A stretch of DNA of 32,000 nucleotides, taken from positions 168,513 through 200,512 of the forward strand of contig NZ_LFVU01000004.1 in NCBI RefSeq assembly GCF_001047375.1, given 5' to 3'. Source of the DNA: Clostridium cylindrosporum DSM 605 (GTDB lineage Bacteria > Bacillota > Clostridia > Clostridiales > Caloramatoraceae). The notes beneath the pieces are model-generated. The model did no database searches. It was given only the letters and a program-made list of their open reading frames with translations, and was not told where the DNA came from. This document shows, in pieces, positions 25,925 through 32,000 of the stretch; position 1 is the first letter of the stretch, and each line of letters starts with the position of its first letter. A program made the position numbers and the translations under genes.

Positions 25925-27934
25925 ATGAAACTAGTACAATTTAAAAGCCTAAAGCAACAAATGCTAGTAAGCATAATAATGCTAATAGTATTGATATGTT
26001 TAGGACTATCTTTAATATCAATTATAGTTTCCAAACAATCTATAATAAAAACTGCAAATAAAACATTACCAGAAGTAGCTAAGCAAGCAGCTTCTACGGT
26101 AGAAAGTGGAATTCAAGAGGAACTTAAAGTACTTGAATTACTTGCAACAAACCCTATTCTAAGCGATGAAAAGATAGCAATAGAGCAAAAAATGCAAGTA
26201 CTAAAGGAAGAAGTAAAAAGAAGTAATCATATAGATATGACCTTAGTTGATGTAAATGGAAATGCCTTAAATACATCTGGAAATAAGTTTAACATCAAGG
26301 AACAGGAGCATTTTAAAAAGGCCCTAGGCGGAGTCAGTAACGTATCTAATCCTATGATTAGTAAGAACAATGGAAAGTTAATAGTTCTTTATGATGTTCC
26401 AATAAAAAAGAATGGTAATGTAATTGGAGTTATTAATGCTGTAAGAAGTGGTGATGAACTTAGTAGTTACACAAAGCCTATAAAACTAGGTGTAACAGGA
26501 CAAACCTATATGCTAAGTACTGAGGGAACACTGATTGCAGACAATAACTCAGAGCTTGTTTTATCCCAAAATAATAACATTAAAAACCTAGAAAAAGACC
26601 CATCTCTTAATGATGTTGTAGACATAGAAAAGAAAATGATTGCAGGAGAAACTGGCGTAGGCAGATTCGTAAAAAATGGCATTGAAGAATATGTTGGGTA
26701 TGCCCCTATCAAAACCGCTGGATGGTCTATTGCAACAGTTATTGAGTCAAGTGAACTACTTGGTGAGTTAAACAAACTAAACATAAGTATAGGTATAGTG
26801 TCTATAATCTTCTTAGCACTTGGTACACTACTTGCTTATGTTATATCAAGTTCTATTTCAAAACCTATAAACGCATCTGTTAATGAACTATCACTTATAG
26901 CAGATGGTGACTTAACAGGAACTATTCCTGATAAGCTTCTTAATAGAAAAGATGAAATAGGAAAAATGGTTAAGGCAATTGATACTATGAAACACTCTAT
27001 TCTATCAATGCTTGATGATATAAAAATAAGTTCTATTAACATTAATGACCAAACTGAGCAGCTACACATTGTATCTAAGGAACTTATGGCTTCAAGCGAA
27101 AATATCAGTATTGCAACTAGTGACGTAGCTAAAGGCAATACTGAACAAGCTGGTGATTTAATCGACATAACACAAATTGTTGAAGCATTTAGTTCAAAGC
27201 TTGATGAAATGACTACTTTAATAAAGGATGTAGACAAAAACACAACAAACATAAAGGATATGGCTGATAGTAGCAGCGTAGACATGGATAACGTTGTTAA
27301 CTCAGTTAAAAATGTTAATGAGGCATTTAAGGATCTTATTAATAAAACACAAAATGTTGAAATTAATGTAGTAAAAATAAATGAAATAACAAACCTTATA
27401 AACAGCATCTCTGAGCAAACCAACCTACTTGCCCTTAATGCAGCAATCGAAGCTGCTAGAGCCGGTGAATCAGGCAGAGGCTTCTCAGTGGTTGCAGATG
27501 AAATAAGAAAACTTGCAGAACAAAGCAAGGCTTCATCAATTAATATCTCTAAAATAGTAATGGAAATATCTAAGGACACAGACCTTATGGTTAAAACTAC
27601 AAACACGGTTAATGAAGAAATAAACACCCAAGAAGGTAGCATAAGTACAGCCATAAAGTCCTTTGAACTAATTACAGACGCTGTAAAGGAGATAACCCCT
27701 AAGATGGATGCTGCAACATCATCTGTTATTGAATTAAACGTAAGTAAGGAAACAATCCTAGAAAAGGTAGAAGGCGCATCAGGAATCGCACAGGAAGTAT
27801 CAGCCTCATCTGAGGAAATTGCTGCTTCAACTGGAGAAATGGGACAATCAGCTAAAAACATTGCTGACTCATTAAATAACTTAACAGATTCAAGTCAAAA
27901 ACTTATGGATAATGTGAATAGATTTAAGATGTAA
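25925..27934 (+). CDS. Methyl-accepting chemotaxis protein (double-Cache, HAMP, MCP), paralog 2
   Basis: Start moved to the ATG at 25925 (SD TGGGGG, and [12 protein letters not shown] aligns with [12 protein letters not shown] of paralog 1). The same signalling core is present. Confidence 0.93.
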   Translation: MKLVQFKSLKQQMLVSIIMLIVLICLGLSLISIIVSKQSIIKTANKTLPEVAKQAASTVESGIQEELKVLELLATNPILSDEKIAIEQKMQVLKEEVKRSNHIDMTLVDVNGNALNTSGNKFNIKEQEHFKKALGGVSNVSNPMISKNNGKLIVLYDVPIKKNGNVIGVINAVRSGDELSSYTKPIKLGVTGQTYMLSTEGTLIADNNSELVLSQNNNIKNLEKDPSLNDVVDIEKKMIAGETGVGRFVKNGIEEYVGYAPIKTAGWSIATVIESSELLGELNKLNISIGIVSIIFLALGTLLAYVISSSISKPINASVNELSLIADGDLTGTIPDKLLNRKDEIGKMVKAIDTMKHSILSMLDDIKISSININDQTEQLHIVSKELMASSENISIATSDVAKGNTEQAGDLIDITQIVEAFSSKLDEMTTLIKDVDKNTTNIKDMADSSSVDMDNVVNSVKNVNEAFKDLINKTQNVEINVVKINEITNLINSISEQTNLLALNAAIEAARAGESGRGFSVVADEIRKLAEQSKASSINISKIVMEISKDTDLMVKTTNTVNEEINTQEGSISTAIKSFELITDAVKEITPKMDAATSSVIELNVSKETILEKVEGASGIAQEVSASSEEIAASTGEMGQSAKNIADSLNNLTDSSQKLMDNVNRFKM

Positions 27935-27939
27935 TAGAA

Positions 27940-27974
27940 AATCCCTAGTTGATGTATTCAGCTAGGGTTTTTTA
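27940..27974 (+). terminator. Intrinsic terminator after the second chemoreceptor gene
   Basis: CCCTAG (27943-27948) / CTAGGG (27962-27967) stem followed by TTTTTTAT. Confidence 0.75.
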
Positions 27975-28210
27975 TGTGAGGTTAGGTGTCTTGCAAGGAT
28001 GTGTTGTCTCCGCCTAATCCGACGAGACCTTCAAACAGATCTTCTAATATGTATAAATCTTCTTAAACTAAGTGCGGCGCAAACTCGCTTCGCTCAAACA
28101 TGCTTCCTTACTAAGTTTAATAACATTTATACATATAAGAATCTCTAGTTTTTGGCTCTATTGTTTTAGTCGCAGACAACACATCCTTGCAAAGAAACTT
28201 TCCCCACATA
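27973..28210 (-). repeat. Long-hairpin repeat element, copy 3 (apex on - strand)
   Basis: Apex complement CGCAAACTCGCTTCGCTCAAACATGC at 28078-28103. Perfect outer stem GGATGTGTTGTCT (27997-28009) / AGACAACACATCC (28174-28186). Termini TATGTGAGG ... CCCCACATA. Confidence 0.82.
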
Positions 28211-28425
28211 ACAAAACACTTGCTTTAATCACAATAAGAGATATTAGGGGGATTGGAATCTTTTATATATCTATATTTTGATGAAGTTATCGATTAAAGT
28301 ATTCGTTCTTGACTATTACTTTATGTTTTTATTTTAATAGAGTAATTTTATGAACAAGTGAAGTTCTTGTTAAATTATCATTATATTTACGCCTCTGCTA
28401 TGACACTGAAAAATAATAATCTCTT

Positions 28426-28584
28426 TTAATCACTTTTCATAACCCTACACACAGTTAAAATAATAGCTCCTATCATAGCTACTAAATATATACTTCTAGA
28501 TGCAAGTCCCATTGGATATAATGCTCCCAAAAGTATTAATAAAACCCCTAAATATGATCCATAGTCAAGGAATTTATTTTTCAT
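28426..28584 (-). CDS. Candidate small membrane protein, 52 aa (two predicted TM segments)
   Basis: Found by hand; below the ORF-track cutoff. Sequence MKNKFLDYGSYLGVLLILLGALYPMGLASRSIYLVAMIGAIILTVCRVMKSD. SD GGGGAGG 9 nt upstream of the ATG. Confidence 0.5.
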   Translation of the reverse strand: MKNKFLDYGSYLGVLLILLGALYPMGLASRSIYLVAMIGAIILTVCRVMKSD

Positions 28585-28665
28585 ATAATATTTCCTCCCC
28601 TATCTATTTTCATTCATATACATATTATACTAAAACCCTCTCTCAAAAGTGAAATTAAACATTGT

Positions 28666-28905
28666 TATATAGGGATAGTTTCTTTGCAAATAGTGTATCC
28701 TAGGGTTAAACCATAGAGGCAAGAGCTAGAAATTCTTATCCTTATAAATGCTCTAAGACTTAGTTCGGCAGCATGTTTGAGCGAAGCGAGTTTGCGTCGA
28801 TCTTAGTCTCAGAGCATTTGTGGGGATTAGAAGTTCTTCTCGAAGATCTCGTCGGTTTAATCCTAGGCTACACTACTGCAAGGCGCACCACCCTCCCAAT
28901 GTATA
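28666..28905 (+). repeat. Long-hairpin repeat element, copy 4 (apex on + strand)
   Basis: Apex GCATGTTTGAGCGAAGCGAGTTTGCG at 28771-28796. Arms CTTTGCAAATAGTGTATCCTAGGGTTAAACC / GGTTTAATCCTAGGCTACACTACTGCAAGG. Confidence 0.82.
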
Positions 28906-28937
28906 TTTCATCCTCAATTCTGTAAAAATAGTATAAG

Positions 28938-30461
28938 GTGATGTATATGAAATTAATCTTTTTATCTTTAAGAGCAGGTTCTTATATTATTGATATTATA
29001 TTTTACACAGCATGTGTATACATATTAGGAGGTTTGTCCTACTACTCTATTATTTTAAGTCTTCTTATCCTTTTTACATATAGGATTATTACAAGCTGTC
29101 TTTTAGGGGCTACTTTAGGTATGAAGGTTTTAGGACTTTCTTTAAGTAGACATGATTTTAAGACAGTTCTTAAGAGGGAACTTTATAGAATAGCTTCAAG
29201 ACCTTTTTATATAGGTTATTTATTTGCCCTAGGTGGAGACCACTCTCAATGTCTCCATGATAAGATGGCAGGTGTTAAAATCATCTATATATCTAGAAAA
29301 AAAAGGCATGATAAAAAGCCTCATGATAAGTCTATTAATGACTCTAGACTTCCCTTAAAGAAGCCCTCATCCTATATGTTGATACTAACGGTCCTACTAA
29401 CTGTACTCTCTATAGGAAACTTTACTACTAAGTTTCTTATGAATCATGTAGGTATGATTGGATTTACTAAGAAGTATACTTCAAGTGAGTATTATAACAA
29501 TCTTGATTCTGATTTAAATACTATAAAAAGCCAAGAGGGACTTTTTAAGTCAACTATAGGTATGAAGTTTACTGAAGTTATAACCATAGGCTCCCGTGAC
29601 ACCCTTATTAAAATTTCTCCTAAGGACAGTACAACTGAGGTGTATATGATGAAACCAAGGGGCAAGGATATAATCGGTGAATATTTGTACACTCTACCCT
29701 ACAAGGCTGAGTATATCGATACTGTAAGCTTAAATGGAAAAAAGCTTCTTACATACCTTACTAAGGATAAGAAGCTTCATATAGTAGATAGTTACGGCAA
29801 TATAATTCACTCTACTGATTCTAGCCTAAATACACCAATTGACCTTAAAGTAGGGATACTAAATGGCATCCAGTCAATTGTTGTTATTTGTAATAATGGT
29901 TATGCTGAAATCTTTCACATAGGTAATGATATAACTAGTGTATATAAAGGCAAAATAGGTGAAGATATATCCCCAGAACAGTTTTTAGTTGATGATTATC
30001 TATATATTCTTACAAGATCTAATCCTAAACTACTTTATAAATATAAATTTAATAACTCCATGCACTTTTTAGCAAAGAACCCTATTAGTATTGACTCTGC
30101 ATCTACCTTTGAGAAAATAAATCTTAAAGGTAAGGAATATTTTGTCTTATCAGATGTAAAAAGAGCAAACATGACCTTTAACGCTGGAAGAATTCAATTA
30201 AGTAAAATATTCACTAAAGATGGTAAGCTTAAGTATAACCTAGGCGCTAGAAGAGGTTCACTTTACACATACAAAGTAAATCAAGTTGAAAACGTTCTAG
30301 ACATAAACGGTGATGGAAAGGATGAAATTATCATTAAATCCGTTAGAAAAGGAAACGTAACAGGTGATTCCTATACTCTTAATGTATATGAACCTAATGC
30401 ATTTCTTACTGTTAATGAGGTTCTAACTAAGTTACTTAAAGTTTTTAATTATGTTATATAA
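28938..30461 (+). CDS. Membrane protein with N-terminal RDD domain, a basic linker, a further TM helix and a ~330-aa extracytoplasmic beta-rich domain ending in an FG-GAP-like Ca-binding motif
   Basis: RDD-type landmarks (R..YIIDII ... HDKMAGVKI). DINGDGKDEIII near the C-terminus. The true start is probably the ATG at 28941 or 28947, after the SD AAGGTG. Confidence 0.82.
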   Translation: MMYMKLIFLSLRAGSYIIDIIFYTACVYILGGLSYYSIILSLLILFTYRIITSCLLGATLGMKVLGLSLSRHDFKTVLKRELYRIASRPFYIGYLFALGGDHSQCLHDKMAGVKIIYISRKKRHDKKPHDKSINDSRLPLKKPSSYMLILTVLLTVLSIGNFTTKFLMNHVGMIGFTKKYTSSEYYNNLDSDLNTIKSQEGLFKSTIGMKFTEVITIGSRDTLIKISPKDSTTEVYMMKPRGKDIIGEYLYTLPYKAEYIDTVSLNGKKLLTYLTKDKKLHIVDSYGNIIHSTDSSLNTPIDLKVGILNGIQSIVVICNNGYAEIFHIGNDITSVYKGKIGEDISPEQFLVDDYLYILTRSNPKLLYKYKFNNSMHFLAKNPISIDSASTFEKINLKGKEYFVLSDVKRANMTFNAGRIQLSKIFTKDGKLKYNLGARRGSLYTYKVNQVENVLDINGDGKDEIIIKSVRKGNVTGDSYTLNVYEPNAFLTVNEVLTKLLKVFNYVI

Positions 30462-30505
30462 AAACAAAATCCGTAGAAACACTTCTTCTCCAATAAAATT
30501 ATGTT

Positions 30506-30739
30506 ATGTAAGGGAAGTTTCTCTTCTGAGATGTGTTGTCCCTTACTAAATCAATAGAGTCAAAAATTAGAGCTTCTTATCTGTTCAAATATTCATAGAT
30601 TTAGTAAGGCAGCATGTTTGAGCGAAGCGAGTTTGCGCCGCACTTAATCTATGGATGTTTGGATAGATTAGAAGCTCTATTGGAAGATCTCGTCGTTTTA
30701 GTCAGGGACAATACATCTCGAAGGACACCTTCCCACATA
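30506..30739 (+). repeat. Long-hairpin repeat element, copy 5 (apex on + strand)
   Basis: Apex GCATGTTTGAGCGAAGCGAGTTTGCG at 30612-30637. Stem GAGATGTGTTGTCCCT (30528-30543) / AGGGACAATACATCTC (30704-30719). Termini TATGTAAGGGAAG ... CTTCCCACATA. Confidence 0.85.
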
Positions 30740-30888
30740 AAAATTTTTTCTACTTTATGTATAACTCTTCTAATTATGGCTATACTAATAATACAAAGGC
30801 AATATTAAGTACTCCCTTTTACTTCTTATTGTTTTTGTAAAAATCATTTTCCCAAAATGATAGTAAAAAATTAATAAATACCCCCCAA

Positions 30889-30923
30889 AATAATTCCTTC
30901 CGCCCCCCCGTGAAGGAATTATT
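30889..30923. terminator. Bidirectional hairpin terminator between the + strand RDD gene/repeat and the - strand spmB
   Basis: Perfect 12-bp stem AATAATTCCTTC / GAAGGAATTATT with a C7-containing loop. T-run on the + side and TTTT on the - side. Begins 4 nt from the spmB stop. Confidence 0.65.
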
Positions 30924-30926
30924 TTT

Positions 30927-31439
30927 TTATGCGAAGAAAGCATAACATATGTAAACTGTAGCAACACTTCCTAAAATATGCGCTATAAGTGCAGCTGATA
31001 GTGAGTGTCTTATTTTCTTAATTCCAAGTGCCCCAAAGTATATTGATAATGTATAGAATATTGTTTCTGTAGACCCCATTAAAACAGAGGCTATTTTCCC
31101 TTCTATTGAGTCTACTCCATATGTATTCATTATATCTGTCATAACTCCAAGTGATGCACTCCCTGATAGTGGCTTTATAATTATCATCGGAACTACCCCC
31201 TCAGGTATTCCAATAAGTTTTGCTAATGGTGCGAAAAATGATAGTAACCACTCTAGGGCTCCAGATTGTCTAAATATATCTATTGCAAATAGCATTGTTA
31301 ATAGAAATGGTGCTATCTTTACTACTGACTTGAATCCATCCTTTGCACCATCAACAAACTCTTCAAAAACCTTAACCCTTTTAAATACTGCGAAAAATAA
31401 TATACAAAGAATCATAATTGGAACTATGTACTGTGACAT
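30927..31439 (-). CDS. spmB: Spore maturation protein B
   Basis: 170-aa multi-TM protein of the nucleoside-recognition/SpmB type, directly downstream of spmA. Confidence 0.88.
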   Translation of the reverse strand: MSQYIVPIMILCILFFAVFKRVKVFEEFVDGAKDGFKSVVKIAPFLLTMLFAIDIFRQSGALEWLLSFFAPLAKLIGIPEGVVPMIIIKPLSGSASLGVMTDIMNTYGVDSIEGKIASVLMGSTETIFYTLSIYFGALGIKKIRHSLSAALIAHILGSVATVYICYAFFA

Positions 31440-31450
31440 TTTTATCCCTC

Positions 31451-32000
31451 CTACCTGTAAAATCTTCTAAGAAGTGATGATGCAAAAAGTCCTATAATAA
31501 GTGAAGCACCTGTTGCTAGAATTGTAGGTAATATTATGTCTGAAGGGTTTGCACTTCCAAGACTACCTCTTATAGAAATTACTGTTGTCGGTAGAAACTG
31601 AATGCAGGCAGAGTTAACAATTAAAAATGTTACCATGTAGTCAGATGCCCTCTCCTTATTTGGATTTATCTTTTGAAGGCTTTCCATTGCCTTTATTCCA
31701 AATGGTGTTGCTGCATTTGAAAGACCCATCATATTAGATGCTATATTCATAATTATGTTTCCTTGAGCCTCAGGGCTTTTTTGATATAGTCCCCTAAATA
31801 AGAATCTCATAGGTAGTGACAGTGCCTTTGATAATAGGTCAACTAATGATGAAGCTTGACATATTTTCATAATTCCACTCCATACAGCCATCATACCACC
31901 AAGAGTTACAAGTAATTTAATACTCTTTTCAGCTGAAGAACCTATAGTCTCTACCATCAAAGTGGCTTCCCCCTTAATAAGAAAGCTTATTATTCCAAGT
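31451..32000 (-). CDS. spmA: Spore maturation protein A (5' end lies beyond the window)
   Basis: The reading frame stays open upstream of the listed start to position 32000 (...LGIISFLIKGEATLMVETIGSS...). SpmA-like membrane pattern, paired with spmB. Confidence 0.88.
   Translation of the reverse strand, partial: LGIISFLIKGEATLMVETIGSSAEKSIKLLVTLGGMMAVWSGIMKICQASSLVDLLSKALSLPMRFLFRGLYQKSPEAQGNIIMNIASNMMGLSNAATPFGIKAMESLQKINPNKERASDYMVTFLIVNSACIQFLPTTVISIRGSLGSANPSDIILPTILATGASLIIGLFASSLLRRFYR

Noticed and set aside
26836-27861. 341-aa antisense ORF inside the second chemoreceptor gene, with similar antisense ORFs at 23935-24138, 24550-24894, 24898-25242, 25480-25764 and 26506-26784
   Set aside because: The sense strand has an unmistakable MCP signature. 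The antisense frames stay open because of the Ala/Glu/Ser/Ile-rich codon composition, are low-complexity, and lack ribosome-binding sites.
28072-28281. 69-aa ORF inside hairpin copy 3, plus the 64-aa ORF at 30614-30808 starting at the ATG of the conserved apex (MFERSEFA...)
   Set aside because: The apex ATG frame terminates after 12-13 codons in copies 1, 2 and 3. It stays open in copies 4 and 5 only by chance. There is no convincing SD. Conservation is at the nucleotide and structure level, not the protein level.
4416-30739. Whether the dispersed repeats could be a CRISPR array
   Set aside because: The units are ~220-240 nt imperfect palindromes scattered kilobases apart in both orientations. 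They are not 25-40-nt direct repeats with regular spacers, and no cas genes are present.
30785-30967. 60-aa minus-strand ORF spanning the spmB stop and the bidirectional terminator
   Set aside because: It overlaps the 3' end of spmB in another frame, runs through the hairpin and poly-C tracts, and has no SD. It is judged spurious.

Overview
Low-GC, Clostridia-like chromosomal segment, about 85% coding and mostly transcribed on the minus strand. The backbone is the conserved origin-proximal Firmicute block metG (with a Met T-box leader), tatD, yabE, rnmV and rsmA. Between yabE and rnmV sit a four-gene osmoprotectant-type ABC transporter cassette, preceded by a stop-interrupted ferredoxin-like gene, and an nfeD-flotillin pair. 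Other content: a small ferredoxin, three tandem paralogous polytopic membrane proteins of unknown family, a GNAT-lipoprotein pair, a HEPN/MNT toxin-antitoxin pair, a 753-aa acidic and histidine-repeat protein, two tandem paralogous dCache chemoreceptors, an RDD/FG-GAP-like membrane protein, and spmB-spmA (spmA runs off the window). The most unusual signal is non-coding. Five full copies, plus fragments, of a ~220-240 nt long-hairpin element occupy intergenic spacers, three of them within 2.8 kb. They share a conserved 26-nt unpaired apex (GCATGTTTGAGCGAAGCGAGTTTGCG), while the stems differ between copies but stay complementary within each copy. Also notable are two perfect DnaA boxes in a 943-bp ORF-free spacer and near-identical terminator hairpins bracketing the ABC transporter cassette. 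No rRNA, tRNA, CRISPR array or transposase/integrase gene was seen. All calls rest on reading the sequence and the ORF translations by eye; no database search was run.
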